DNA from: Gammaproteobacteria bacterium
GTDB lineage: Bacteria; Pseudomonadota; Gammaproteobacteria; UBA4575
Direction of reading: 5' to 3'
Length of the DNA stretch: 64,000 nt
Assembly (NCBI GenBank): GCA_965221955.1
Contig: CBDCTA010000028.1
Location: forward strand, 64,001 to 128,000
The position numbers and the translations under genes were made by a program. Position 1 is the stretch's first letter, and each line of letters opens with the position of its first letter. Shown piece by piece: positions 1-10,463 of this stretch. Below the pieces are notes generated by a model. That model worked only from the letters and a program-made list of their open reading frames with translations. It was not told where the DNA came from and searched no databases.

Positions 1-1042
1 TACTGCCTGCGTATTTCCAGTTTCTACTGACGTGCGCAAATCTTTAATCCGAGATTGGTCTAACACGTAAGAACGAATCTGGCTTCCCCAACCAATATCT
101 GCCTTGCTATCTTCAACAGCCTGCTGCTCACCTTGTCGCTTTTGAATTTCTAACTCGTATAACTTGGCTTTAAGTTGTTTCATCGCAACATCTTTATTTT
201 TATGCTGCGATCGATCATTTTGACATTGTGTCACAACACCAGTGGGTAAGTGTGTAATTCTAACTGCAGACTCGGTTTTATTAACATGTTGGCCACCTGC
301 CCCGCTGGCTCGATAAACATCTATACGTAAATCCGCAGGGTTAATATCGATTTCGATATCGTCATCTATTTCAGGCGAAACAAAAACGGCCGCAAATGAT
401 GTGTGTCTGCGATTCCCCGAATCAAAGGGTGATTTCCTAACTAAACGATGCACACCTGTTTCCGTACGCAACCATCCAAATGCATAGTCCCCATCAAACT
501 TAATGGTTGCACTTTTAATCCCAGCAACTTCTCCAGGTGACACTTCAATCAATTCCGTTTTAAAGCCTTTTTGCTCACCCCAACGTAAATACATCCGTAG
601 CAACATTTCTGCCCAATCTTGCGCTTCGGTTCCTCCTGAGCCGGATTGCACATCTAAAAACGCATTATTTGCATCCATCTCACCAGAAAACATACGACGA
701 AATTCTAATTCAGCAACGCGAGAATCTAATTGCTGTAGATCTTTTTCTATGGATTGCAGCGTTTCAACATCACCCTCATCAGAAGCTAGTTCTAATAAAT
801 CGCTTGCATCACTCACTCCTGCCTCAACTTCTTCTATAGTTCTCACAACAGCTTCAAGGTTTGAGCGCTCCTTGCCTAGCTTTTGCGCAAGGTCTGGTTG
901 ATTCCAGACTTCTGGATCTTCTAATTCTCGACCGACTTCATCCAATCGCTCACGTTTAATTTCGTAGTCAAAGGTACCCCCTTAGACTTGCCGAGCGAGA
1001 TTGTAAGTCTTCAATAAGGTTTTGTAAGGGATTAATTTCCAT
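1..1042 (-). CDS. prfB: Peptide chain release factor 2, programmed +1 frameshift; 3' end runs off the window
   Basis: ATG at 1042 reads [24 protein letters not shown] then CTT-TGA-C; the +1 frame contains [17 protein letters not shown] (SPF) and [10 protein letters not shown] (GGQ). Missing from the ORF track. Confidence 0.97.
967..982 (-). promoter_or_regulatory. RF2 autoregulatory frameshift site
   Basis: Minus strand AGGGGG-TAC-CTT-TGA-C: internal SD 3 nt before the slippery CTT, followed by UGA. Confidence 0.95.
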
Positions 1043-1101
1043 ATAAACAAATTCTTTGATGTGTTAGCGCGCGCGTATAGTAACGCAACTATAGCTTAAG
1101 T

Positions 1102-2829
1102 CTAGAGAGACTCTAAATATTGAATAATTAATTGTGGAGAACGCATGCCACGAAATTCATTCACACTGAGCTGGTACGCAATATGAACTTCACCAGATTC
1201 TTTATTCCATTGATGTTTATCGATGTTAAATGCAATTGCATCAATCTTCTGACACCCTCCTGTAGGCGTTACATTTAACTTTAAATGATGTTTACCAACG
1301 ATCCGATGTTCGTTTACATCAAACACGCCATCAAATATGGGCTCTGGAAAACCCTGCCCCCATGGGCCTGCTTGAAAAAGGAGCTCGGCAATATCTAATG
1401 ACAATTCCTTTTCCGCAAGTTCACCATCAGAAAGTAAAATGGCTTCTAATTGTTCGGGAGTTACAAGCTCCTCAATAATTTGATTAAAAGCTTCTGAAAA
1501 CTCAGCATGCTTATCAATTGGAATGGAAAGACCTGCAGCCATAGCATGGCCACCAAAAGTATTCACCAATTGAGGATTTCGTGTAGCAAGTAGATCTAGT
1601 GCATCACGAATATGTAAGCCTGGTATCGATCGCGCCGAGCCTTTTAACTCTGTTTCATTCGTTTGTGCAAAAACTATTACCGGTCGATGAAATTCTTCTT
1701 TTATGCGTGCAGCAACAACCCCTATGACACCTTGATGCCATTCTGGATCATATAACGCTATACCAAAACGATGTGCGTCAACATTTTCGAATTTATTAGA
1801 TTTTAATACCTCCAGAGCCTCCATCTGCATCTCTCGTTCAATTTGTTTGCGCTCTTCATTTAGATTGTTTAGTTGTTCTGCTAACTCAATTGCGTGTGAT
1901 TCATCGTTGCTTAGTAAACATTCAATTCCAAGCGACATATCATCTAAACGACCTGCAGCATTTAACCGTGGGCCTACAACAAAGCCAAGATCAGCTGAAC
2001 TAATTCTATAAAGTTTTTTACCTGCAACCGTTAATAAGGCTCGAATACCTGGGCAACATTTATTGGAACGAATACGTCTTAATCCTTGTTCGACTAAAAT
2101 ACGATTGTTGTAATCTAGCTTGGCAACATCAGCAACGGTACCTACGGCAACAATATCCAAGAATTGCGCAAGATTTGGTTCTTGAATATTTCTTTCATTA
2201 AACCAATTATTATCCCTTAACAGTGCGCGTAGAGCTGACAACACATAAAACACCACACCCACACCTGCTAGGTGTTTACTAGGGAATTCATCATTCGCTT
2301 GATTAGGATTAATGATGACATCGGCATTCGGAAGCTCTTTACCGGGCAAATGGTGATCGGTAATAATTACATCAATTCCGTTTGCCTTGGCTGCTGCAAC
2401 GCCCTCTATACTCGATATCCCATTATCAACCGTGATAATCAAATCAGGTTCTAGATCAAGGGCTACCTCAACGATTTCTGCTGTTAAACCATAGCCATAC
2501 TCAAATCGATTCGGGACCAAATATTGGATGTTCGCATAACCAAAACTATTTAATGCACGCACAAATAAAGCAGTGCTGGTCGCTCCATCTGCATCGAAGT
2601 CTCCTACAATCAGAATACGTTGATCGTTTTGCATACAGTGATAAATATGCTGTACTCCAGCATCCACATTCAGCAATTTACCTGGAGGTAGTGTTTTAGT
2701 CAGTGAATGATTAATTTCTTCTTCACTATTAACCCCTCTTTGAGCATAAATACGCTGGAGGATCGGAGGCAGATCGGCAAACTCCTCACTGATCGCAACA
2801 TCAGGACGACGTTTAATGGTAGTTAACAT
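1102..2829 (-). CDS. recJ: Single-stranded-DNA exonuclease RecJ
   Basis: GDFDADG, ITVDNG, TDHH (DHH), GSARS and GGHAMAAG motifs; upstream of prfB. Confidence 0.97.
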   Translation of the reverse strand: MLTTIKRRPDVAISEEFADLPPILQRIYAQRGVNSEEEINHSLTKTLPPGKLLNVDAGVQHIYHCMQNDQRILIVGDFDADGATSTALFVRALNSFGYANIQYLVPNRFEYGYGLTAEIVEVALDLEPDLIITVDNGISSIEGVAAAKANGIDVIITDHHLPGKELPNADVIINPNQANDEFPSKHLAGVGVVFYVLSALRALLRDNNWFNERNIQEPNLAQFLDIVAVGTVADVAKLDYNNRILVEQGLRRIRSNKCCPGIRALLTVAGKKLYRISSADLGFVVGPRLNAAGRLDDMSLGIECLLSNDESHAIELAEQLNNLNEERKQIEREMQMEALEVLKSNKFENVDAHRFGIALYDPEWHQGVIGVVAARIKEEFHRPVIVFAQTNETELKGSARSIPGLHIRDALDLLATRNPQLVNTFGGHAMAAGLSIPIDKHAEFSEAFNQIIEELVTPEQLEAILLSDGELAEKELSLDIAELLFQAGPWGQGFPEPIFDGVFDVNEHRIVGKHHLKLNVTPTGGCQKIDAIAFNIDKHQWNKESGEVHIAYQLSVNEFRGMRSPQLIIQYLESL

Positions 2830-2954
2830 GTATGAGCAGACAAGATGAAATATAATTGCCGTTAAAGCATAAGGAACGATGTCATTCTAAACAAGAACAC
2901 TAGCGTAAAGCACTTTTATTTATTGGTTAACCATAAAAATCATGACTCCTTCAG

Positions 2955-2984
2955 TTAACAAAGCTGTTTAACTAACCCTATAAT
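2955..2984 (+). promoter_or_regulatory. Candidate sigma70 promoter for the orf20 operon
   Basis: TTAACA (2955-2960), 18 bp spacer, TATAAT (2979-2984), about 55 nt before the ATG at 3041. Confidence 0.45.
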
Positions 2985-3040
2985 AATCATATTTATTAGC
3001 TAGTTATTCACACTATCTTAAGCAATTACTTCATAAAATA

Positions 3041-4453
3041 ATGGCTGAGCACATTTTATTTTTAACCGGCAAACTGGCTGAAAAAAGTTTACATCGCGTA
3101 CTGGAGTCTATGCAGCCTACTGATTTTACTTATGAAGTACGACAACTAGGCGTTAGTGTTGCAGCACTGATGACCACCAACCTAATTGAAAAACGCTTAA
3201 CTGATACCGGGCATGCACAGAGAATTATTCTTCCAGGACGATGCCGTGGCGATATCGATGAGTTAGCAGAAGTATTAAATGTACTTGTAGAACGTGGGCC
3301 TGAAGAGCTCAAAGATTTACCTGCCTATTTCGGCCAAATCGACCGCAAAGCGGACTTAACACAATATGATGTACAAATTTTTGCTGAAATTGTTGACGCT
3401 CCCAATATGTCTGTTAAAGACATTGTCAAAAGAGCACAAATTTATAAACAAGATGGTGCCAACGTCATTGATCTAGGTTGTCTACCCAACACACCTTTCC
3501 CCCATCTACCTGAGGCAGTTCAAGCACTTAAATCAGAAGGCTTTAAAGTGAGTGTGGACTCACTCACTCCCAAAGACTTAGTTACCGGGGGTAAAGCAGG
3601 TGCAGACTTTTTACTTAGTATCAGTGAAAAAACGCTATGGATATTAAACGAAGTGGAATCCGTACCCATTTTAATTGGCAACACTCCATCTGATGCCCGC
3701 TCTTTATATCGCGCAATTGAAATACTACTCAAACAAAATCGCAGATTTATTGCGGATTCTATTTTAGATCCGATCCATTTTGGCTTTACCGAATCGATTG
3801 TTCGTTATCGAAATTTACGCAACCGTTATCCTGAAATTGAAATAATCATGGGGATTGGTAATTTAACTGAACTCACACATGCTGATTCTGCAGGCACCAA
3901 TGCACTTTTACTTGGCGTTATCTCTGAATTAGAAATTAACCATGTACTTGCAACAGAGGTAAGTGAACACTGTCGTTGTGCCGTACGTGAAGCTGACCTT
4001 GCCCGACGAATTATGTATGCCTCAAGGATCGATCATATTCCACCCAAAGGTTATGACAATGGCTTAATGGCATTACATGAACGCAAAGCATTTCCATATA
4101 CATTAGAAGAAGTAAAAGAATTTGCAGCCGAAATCAAAGATCCAAATTTTCGTATTCAAGTGAGCGAGGATGGCATCCATACTTATAATAGAGATGGTCT
4201 CCATACTACGACAGATCCATATGAGATTTATCCAGTATTAAATGTAGAAGATGATGGTGGGCATGCATTTTATTTAGGAGTTGAACATGCACGTGCTCAA
4301 ATTGCTTGGCAGTTAGGTAAACGTTATGAACAAGACGAAGAGCTAGACTGGGGCGTAGCGGTTAAAAAAGATGAACAAGATTTAAATACACAAAAACAAG
4401 CGGGTACTACTATGCATACTCGTAAATCTAGAAAGAATAAAAGGAAAAAGTAA
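3041..4453 (+). CDS. Dihydropteroate synthase-like methanopterin biosynthesis protein (Orf20)
   Basis: N-terminal LFLTGKLAE, pterin-binding barrel (IFAEIVDAP, IDLGC, SVDS), C-terminal HAFYLGVEHARA; H4MPT cluster context. Confidence 0.85.
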   Translation: MAEHILFLTGKLAEKSLHRVLESMQPTDFTYEVRQLGVSVAALMTTNLIEKRLTDTGHAQRIILPGRCRGDIDELAEVLNVLVERGPEELKDLPAYFGQIDRKADLTQYDVQIFAEIVDAPNMSVKDIVKRAQIYKQDGANVIDLGCLPNTPFPHLPEAVQALKSEGFKVSVDSLTPKDLVTGGKAGADFLLSISEKTLWILNEVESVPILIGNTPSDARSLYRAIEILLKQNRRFIADSILDPIHFGFTESIVRYRNLRNRYPEIEIIMGIGNLTELTHADSAGTNALLLGVISELEINHVLATEVSEHCRCAVREADLARRIMYASRIDHIPPKGYDNGLMALHERKAFPYTLEEVKEFAAEIKDPNFRIQVSEDGIHTYNRDGLHTTTDPYEIYPVLNVEDDGGHAFYLGVEHARAQIAWQLGKRYEQDEELDWGVAVKKDEQDLNTQKQAGTTMHTRKSRKNKRKK

Positions 4454-4454
4454 A

Positions 4455-5018
4455 TTGCCGTTTATAAGAGAATGTATCGTCACCACCCTTCGAGAGGATA
4501 AATCTGTACACATTGCACCAATGGGCATTCACGAAGATGGCGAAAAGTTAATCATTTTGCCATTTAAACCCTCTGCAACCTTAGATAATCTCGAAAGCAA
4601 TGGCACCGCAACACTCAATTATACGGATGATGTACGCATCTACGCAGGTTGTCTAATCGGACATCAAGATTGGCCCACTTGCTCCACCGATCAAATTAAA
4701 GGAGCACGTTTAGAAAACTGCCTATCCCACACAGAGTTAGAAGTTATTAATAAAGTAGAAGATGAGGTAAGGCCGCAATATATATGCAAAACTGTTCATG
4801 AAGCTACACACCAAGCATTTCATGGTTATAATCGTGCACAATCTGCCGTTTTGGAACTAGCCATTTTAACCAGTCGTTTACATATGCTACCTCCCGAAAA
4901 AATTCAACAAGAGATTGAATATTTATCAATTGGTTACGAAAAAACTTCAGGTCCGCGCGAACAAGAAGCATGGGGATGGTTGATGGAAAAAATTCAAGCC
5001 TATTCACATAAGACGTAA
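4455..5018 (+). CDS. DUF447 family protein (Orf19 of H4MPT clusters)
   Basis: ECIVTT, HIAPMG, PFKPSATLDN, NRAQSAVLE motifs; TTG start right after orf20. Confidence 0.8.
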   Translation: MPFIRECIVTTLREDKSVHIAPMGIHEDGEKLIILPFKPSATLDNLESNGTATLNYTDDVRIYAGCLIGHQDWPTCSTDQIKGARLENCLSHTELEVINKVEDEVRPQYICKTVHEATHQAFHGYNRAQSAVLELAILTSRLHMLPPEKIQQEIEYLSIGYEKTSGPREQEAWGWLMEKIQAYSHKT

Positions 5019-5036
5019 AAGTAAGGAAATACAAAC

Positions 5037-5744
5037 ATGACAGGTATGTTAGCCAGCGTACGCGACCTTGAAGAAGCAAAGCTAGTCTACGAAGGTGGCG
5101 TTAACATCATTGACTTAAAAGAACCCAACGATGGTGCTTTAGGAGCAGTTCCATTACAACAAATACATCGTGTAGTAGATGATTTATGGGAAAAATGTGT
5201 GATCAGTGCAACAATTGGCGATCTTCCTGCCGATTACGTCAAAATTAATGAAAAAGTCATTCAAACTGCTGAGACTGGAGTCGACTATGTCAAAGTTGGC
5301 ATGTTTAGTGAGCGTCACATTGAGACTTGTTTGCCAAACTTAATCCATTGCGCAAATAAAGGTATCGCCATAATCGCCGTATTTTTTGCCGACATGGATT
5401 TTGACGTTGACTTTGCAATTCGCATTGCAACGGACGCACGTTTAAAAGGTGTAATGTTAGACACAGCACGTAAAGGCTCAGGAGGCTTATTAACATATAA
5501 AAATATCATGCAACTAGAGTACTTTGTTAATCGTGCTAAACAAAATGATTTGCTCACAGGACTTGCCGGATCTTTAGTTATTGACGACATCCCTACTTTG
5601 TTAAAAGCATCACCCGACTACATCGGTTTTCGAACCGCATTGTGTGACAGCAATTTAAGGATGGGCTCCTTAAATCAACAAGCTATAGAATCTGTACGAC
5701 AATCCATTCCTGTTCCTGAAAAATTGCAACGCAAGCTTGCTTAA
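5037..5744 (+). CDS. mfnB: (5-formylfuran-3-yl)methyl phosphate synthase (Orf22/DUF556)
   Basis: MLASV, IIDLKEP..GALGA, SATIGD, DYVKVG, MLDTARK, GLAGSL, GFRTALC. Confidence 0.88.
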   Translation: MTGMLASVRDLEEAKLVYEGGVNIIDLKEPNDGALGAVPLQQIHRVVDDLWEKCVISATIGDLPADYVKINEKVIQTAETGVDYVKVGMFSERHIETCLPNLIHCANKGIAIIAVFFADMDFDVDFAIRIATDARLKGVMLDTARKGSGGLLTYKNIMQLEYFVNRAKQNDLLTGLAGSLVIDDIPTLLKASPDYIGFRTALCDSNLRMGSLNQQAIESVRQSIPVPEKLQRKLA

Positions 5745-5763
5745 TATTTAATTCAAAAGCTCT

Positions 5764-6024
5764 ATGAAAAAAATAAAAAATGAAGCAGAGCTCGTCAAAA
5801 AAGCCATACGTGTTGGAATGATTTATGCTCAAAAGCGTGGCGTGGTCAAATTTGAAGCCACAGACTCGGCGAATGAAAAAATCGAATATCTATACAGACT
5901 ACTTGTTCACGACAAACTCATACAACCCCTAGCAAAAGATCAATTGGGATTGCCCGGCATGAAACACAAACTTGCCATATGGGTCTCTAAGCAATTACCA
6001 AAAGATCATCCATTATTACAATAA
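5764..6024 (+). CDS. Small conserved protein (DUF5062-like)
   Basis: 86 aa, MKKIKNEAELVKKA...YLYRLLVHDKLIQPL pattern. Confidence 0.65.
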   Translation: MKKIKNEAELVKKAIRVGMIYAQKRGVVKFEATDSANEKIEYLYRLLVHDKLIQPLAKDQLGLPGMKHKLAIWVSKQLPKDHPLLQ

Positions 6025-6095
6025 TTCTATACAAGCCTTAGTATAAACCGGGTTAACTGCTAGACTTATTCTCAGGATTAGCTAAATTATTTAGC

Positions 6096-7478
6096 ATGAA
6101 TGAGCCTGAAAATAAAACGACTGTTCGACCAACTCGCACAAAGCTTGCATTTCAAAAGTTTTGGTTCAAATTCTGCCGTTTAATCGTAAGTATTTTCTAT
6201 CGTAACTTTGAAATCTCTGGAAAGGAAAATATTCCTGAAAATACTGGTCTCTTATTATGTGCAAATCATGTTAATGCATTAGTCGATGTATTGGTCTTAC
6301 AAGCTTCTATTAACAAAGAGCTGCTACCACTTGCCAGAAGTGGTTTGTTTCTTAATCCTTTTTTAAAACCTATTTTAACTTTAATAGGCGCCATCCCAGT
6401 TTTTCGTCGTAATGACCCTGGAAGTGACACTGCTCGAAATGAAGATTCATTTATCAAATGTCATGAAGCTCTTGCAAACAATAAAACCATAATCATATTT
6501 CCGGAAGGACAAAGTCATTCTGATCCACATATAAATAAACTAAAAACAGGAGCTGCACGAATCGCATTGGGCGCATTGCAGAATAACGAAAAAACTCCAG
6601 TAGTACTCCCTGTAGGACTCACCTTCTCTCGAAAAGGTAAATTTCGTAGTGATGTGTTAGTGCAATATGGGACGGCTATAGATTTATCTACTCCAGACAA
6701 TTTAGAATATTTTTCATCTGTAGAACTTATTACTGATCGGATTAAACATGAGCTCGCCAAAGTCACTTTAAACGCAGACTCATGGGAAGATCTTTATTTA
6801 ATTACACGCTTAGAAAAGTTTTTTACTTTACGGCGTGGCAAATACAAAAAAGGTCATTTAAAGAACCGTTTTCAAGCTTTACAGCGATTAATTGACGCCC
6901 AACGCCTGTTAAGAATTTATGAACCTGATAAAGTGCGATCTTTGGTAACTCAGCTACGTGGATTTGAGCGACTATGCAAGTGTTGCGGCATACGCGATTA
7001 TCATTTAACTATAAAATATAAACCTATCTTAATTACCATCTACATCCTGCGCCTAACAATACTCATATTAATAGGGCTGCCCTTAGCGATCTGGGGACTT
7101 ATCAATAGTTTTATTCCTTATCAACTTACCCGAGATGCCACACGAAAAATTGCAAAAGGTCTAGATCAATATGATACTGCCAACGTCACATTTGGCCTGT
7201 TATTTTTTTTACTTTTTTGGTCAACTCAGACATATATCGTATATCGATATTTTGGAACAAGTGCTTCATTAATTTATCTCTCAAGCATTGTTATAACAGC
7301 ACCTTTTGCACTTAAACTAAGCAAGGAATATCATATTATTTACGATAATATTAAAATATTCTTTTTATTCTTACGCAAAAAACAGTTGCGCGAATATCTA
7401 GAAGCAAAACGTAAAGATATAGAAATAGAGTTGGCAAAATTAGTCAGAATCGTGAAGAGACTTCCGAATATTCAATAA
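6096..7478 (+). CDS. Lysophospholipid/glycerol-3-phosphate acyltransferase with C-terminal TM region
   Basis: NHVNALVD (HxxxxD), IFPEG, KTGAAR motifs. Confidence 0.85.
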   Translation: MNEPENKTTVRPTRTKLAFQKFWFKFCRLIVSIFYRNFEISGKENIPENTGLLLCANHVNALVDVLVLQASINKELLPLARSGLFLNPFLKPILTLIGAIPVFRRNDPGSDTARNEDSFIKCHEALANNKTIIIFPEGQSHSDPHINKLKTGAARIALGALQNNEKTPVVLPVGLTFSRKGKFRSDVLVQYGTAIDLSTPDNLEYFSSVELITDRIKHELAKVTLNADSWEDLYLITRLEKFFTLRRGKYKKGHLKNRFQALQRLIDAQRLLRIYEPDKVRSLVTQLRGFERLCKCCGIRDYHLTIKYKPILITIYILRLTILILIGLPLAIWGLINSFIPYQLTRDATRKIAKGLDQYDTANVTFGLLFFLLFWSTQTYIVYRYFGTSASLIYLSSIVITAPFALKLSKEYHIIYDNIKIFFLFLRKKQLREYLEAKRKDIEIELAKLVRIVKRLPNIQ

Positions 7479-7584
7479 ATACTAATAGTAATTCTAATAC
7501 TATATTTATAAGATAAATTCGATACGACACATAGCTTATAGTAGTTATTTTTTTAACTACTTCGACTAAAGGAGTTTAGTAATC

Positions 7585-8013
7585 ATGCAAACTATTAAAC
7601 AGCTTTTAGAAAACAAAGGTAAAGAGTTATTCACCATAAACCCTAATGACTCCGTCTATGATGCTATTAAATCTATGGCAGACCATCATATCGGTTCACT
7701 AGTGGTTATGGATAATGAAAAATTAGTTGGAATAATTACTGAAAGAGACTACTCCAGAAATGTAATATTAAAAGGAAAATCTTCGATTAACACCTTGGTT
7801 AAAGATATCATGACGAAAAATGTCTTATGCACCACTCCCGATAAAACTATCGAGGAAGCGATGGCATTAATGACTGAAAAACGTGTAAGACATTTACCTG
7901 TTGTAGAGAATAAAAATGTGCTCGGTCTGATTTCTATTGGCGACCTAGTGAAATCGATTATATCAGAACAAAAACACATAATAGAACAACTAGAACACTA
8001 TATTAATGGTTAA
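7585..8013 (+). CDS. CBS-pair domain protein
   Basis: LVGIITERD, RVRHLPVV, GLISIGDLVK; SD AAGGAG. Confidence 0.92.
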   Translation: MQTIKQLLENKGKELFTINPNDSVYDAIKSMADHHIGSLVVMDNEKLVGIITERDYSRNVILKGKSSINTLVKDIMTKNVLCTTPDKTIEEAMALMTEKRVRHLPVVENKNVLGLISIGDLVKSIISEQKHIIEQLEHYING

Positions 8014-8019
8014 CAATAC

Positions 8020-8586
8020 ATGCTTAGAGCAAGTGATGAAACCATTACATACCAATCTATCTTAAAGTTTTGGTTTTCTGAACCAGTAAATAAACTCTGG
8101 TTTAAATCTACACCTGAATTTGATGATGAAATATTAATCAAATTCCATTCTTTGTGGTTAGATGCTAAAAAAGAAAAACTTATAAATTGGGAAAAAACAG
8201 CGCAAGGCTGTTTAGCATTAACAATAGTGCTGGATCAATTTCCTCTCAATATGTTTCGTGGCACTGCTAAAAGCTTCTCAACAGAACAGCACGCAATTCG
8301 TATATCACGTCAAGCAATTGCAAATAAATTTGATAAGAAGCTTCCTTTATATCAGCGATCATTCCTTTATATGCCACTGATGCACAGCGAAAATATTAAC
8401 GATCAAAATCTTTCGGTTGAACTATTTACAGATAGTGGACTAAAAAATAACTTACGGTTCGCAAAACATCATCGCGATATTATTAAGGAATATGGACGTT
8501 TCCCACACCGAAATTCGATTTTAGGCCGTAACAGTACAGAGAAAGAACTTGAATATTTGAATTCCCCGCAAGCGTTTACAGGGTAG
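8020..8586 (+). CDS. DUF924 family protein
   Basis: LKFWF, LDQFPLNMFRG, FLYMPLMHSE, GRFPHRN..LGR. Confidence 0.92.
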   Translation: MLRASDETITYQSILKFWFSEPVNKLWFKSTPEFDDEILIKFHSLWLDAKKEKLINWEKTAQGCLALTIVLDQFPLNMFRGTAKSFSTEQHAIRISRQAIANKFDKKLPLYQRSFLYMPLMHSENINDQNLSVELFTDSGLKNNLRFAKHHRDIIKEYGRFPHRNSILGRNSTEKELEYLNSPQAFTG

Positions 8587-8596
8587 TTTTTTCACA

Positions 8597-9340
8597 ATGG
8601 CAAATAAATGGACGATTAACTGGCAAGACTCATTGATAGCCTCTTTATTAATCGTCTCTTTTGTGAGTTTATTTTTTGCAGCTCCAATTCCTCAAGATCT
8701 CTCATATCATGTGTTTGCAGACAATCGAAGCATACTAGGTGTGAACAATTTCTTTGATGTAGCTTCAAACTTACCCTTCTTATTCGTAGGCACTATAGGA
8801 CTAATTAGTATTTACAAAAATTGGGGAATAACTAGTTCGTGGAGCTGGTTGGTCTTATTTTTATCAGTCTTCTTAGTTGCATTTGGTTCTTCTTACTATC
8901 ACCTAAACCCTGAAAATAGAACTTTAACTTGGGATCGATTACCGATGGCAATTGGATTTATGGCCTTGTTTGTAATTACGATAGCAGATTATATAAGCCA
9001 AAAGCTCGAAAAATGGCTATTAATACCAATGTGTTTAGTTGGAATTATTTCAGTTTTATATTGGCATTTCACAGATGACTTAAGAATTTATGCATGGGTG
9101 CAGTTTGTATCGATGGCTTTGCTATTGATAATCATTTTTATTTATAAACCACACCATTTACAAACTAAGCACCTTCTTTATGCATTCTTCTTTTACATTT
9201 TATCTAAATTAGCTGAGCACTTTGATAAACAAATATTTGAGTTACTTGATCAAATTGTAAGCGGCCACACACTCAAACATTTGCTTGCTGCAATGGCCAC
9301 ATTTTTTTTCTATCTATTACTAATTCGCAGGAAAACCTAA
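8597..9340 (+). CDS. Ceramidase-like (CREST) membrane protein
   Basis: PQDLSYH..ADNR, SNLPF, GSSYYH, WDRLPM, SGHTLKH; multiple TM helices. Confidence 0.8.
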   Translation: MANKWTINWQDSLIASLLIVSFVSLFFAAPIPQDLSYHVFADNRSILGVNNFFDVASNLPFLFVGTIGLISIYKNWGITSSWSWLVLFLSVFLVAFGSSYYHLNPENRTLTWDRLPMAIGFMALFVITIADYISQKLEKWLLIPMCLVGIISVLYWHFTDDLRIYAWVQFVSMALLLIIIFIYKPHHLQTKHLLYAFFFYILSKLAEHFDKQIFELLDQIVSGHTLKHLLAAMATFFFYLLLIRRKT

Positions 9341-9366
9341 TTCGATATTTTATATAATAATCGAAC

Positions 9367-10272
9367 ATGGAACACTCGCATCAGCATCCCACTCCTAAAA
9401 ACTATAACTTGGCCTTTGCAATTGGCACTGCTTTAAATGTTACTTTTGTAGTGGTAGAAGCTATTTTTGGATTTTTATCAAATTCATTAGCACTCATAGC
9501 AGATGCTGGGCATAACCTAGGCGATGTACTCGCGCTTTTACTATCTTGGGGTGCAACCTACTTAGCGCAACGTAAGCCAACACGTACCAAAACCTATGGC
9601 TTACGAAGAGGTACAATTTTGGCTGCATTTATCAGCAGCTTGATATTACTCATGACCATGAGCATCGTCGCATGGGAAGCAATAGGCAGATTCACATCAC
9701 CATTAGAAGTGAACTCAATGACCATTATCATCGTTGCAGCAATTGGCGTGGTAATTAATACTGCTACGGCTTTACTTTTCTTATCCAGTCAACATGAAGA
9801 CCTAAATATCAGGGCTGCATTTATACATATGACGGCTGATGCTGGAGTATCGCTAGGTGTTGTACTTGGAGGAATTGCAATTTTATACACAAGTTTATTT
9901 TGGATCGATCCTGCTGTGAGTTTGATCATTGTTGTTGTCATTATCATCAGCACCTGGGGTGTATTTAGAGATTCATTCAACCTTGCGCTGGATGGAGTTC
10001 CCAAAGGCATTGATATCGATGAAGTAGAAAAGTTTATCCTACAACAAGAAGGTGTAAGCGCAGTGCATGACTTGCATATTTGGGCCATGAGTACAACACA
10101 AGTTGCACTCACCACGCACCTCGTACGTGATTCACATAAACTTGATGATCAATTTGTCCATCAACTAAGTAAAGCGCTGCATGATAAGTTCGGAATCATC
10201 CACCCAACTATACAAATAGAGTCAGGAAACCAAGCACAACTCTGTGATCAGGCTCATCATGACAGTATTTAA
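9367..10272 (+). CDS. Cation diffusion facilitator (CzcD/ZitB-like)
   Basis: SLALIADAGHNLGD, NIRAAFIHMTAD, VHDLHIW, HPTIQIE. Confidence 0.93.
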   Translation: MEHSHQHPTPKNYNLAFAIGTALNVTFVVVEAIFGFLSNSLALIADAGHNLGDVLALLLSWGATYLAQRKPTRTKTYGLRRGTILAAFISSLILLMTMSIVAWEAIGRFTSPLEVNSMTIIIVAAIGVVINTATALLFLSSQHEDLNIRAAFIHMTADAGVSLGVVLGGIAILYTSLFWIDPAVSLIIVVVIIISTWGVFRDSFNLALDGVPKGIDIDEVEKFILQQEGVSAVHDLHIWAMSTTQVALTTHLVRDSHKLDDQFVHQLSKALHDKFGIIHPTIQIESGNQAQLCDQAHHDSI

Positions 10273-10463
10273 TAAATCGAGAATATTTAGGTAGTGTAAG
10301 GCCTCTAATCGTTCAGTCTCATTTTTTTAGTATAGGTGGAAACAGCATTCGCTTATCACAAGTTAGCTGTTACAAAATATAGCTCCAATACTATCATGTG
10401 ACTACACACGCTACGATAATATTTACTTAATAATAATCTGTATTCAACAATTTTATTGTTGAC

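Noticed and set aside
503-901. 132-aa plus-strand ORF
   Set aside because: Antisense shadow of prfB. The same applies to the many short ORFs lying antisense or out of frame within well-supported genes (e.g. 9789-10115, 22032-22412, 28102-28428, 30715-31086, 58977-59336).
2920-2975. Short palindromes TGGTTAACCA and AGTTAA..TTAACT in the recJ/orf20 spacer
   Set aside because: AT-rich short palindromes are expected by chance; no matching copy noticed at other C1 promoters.
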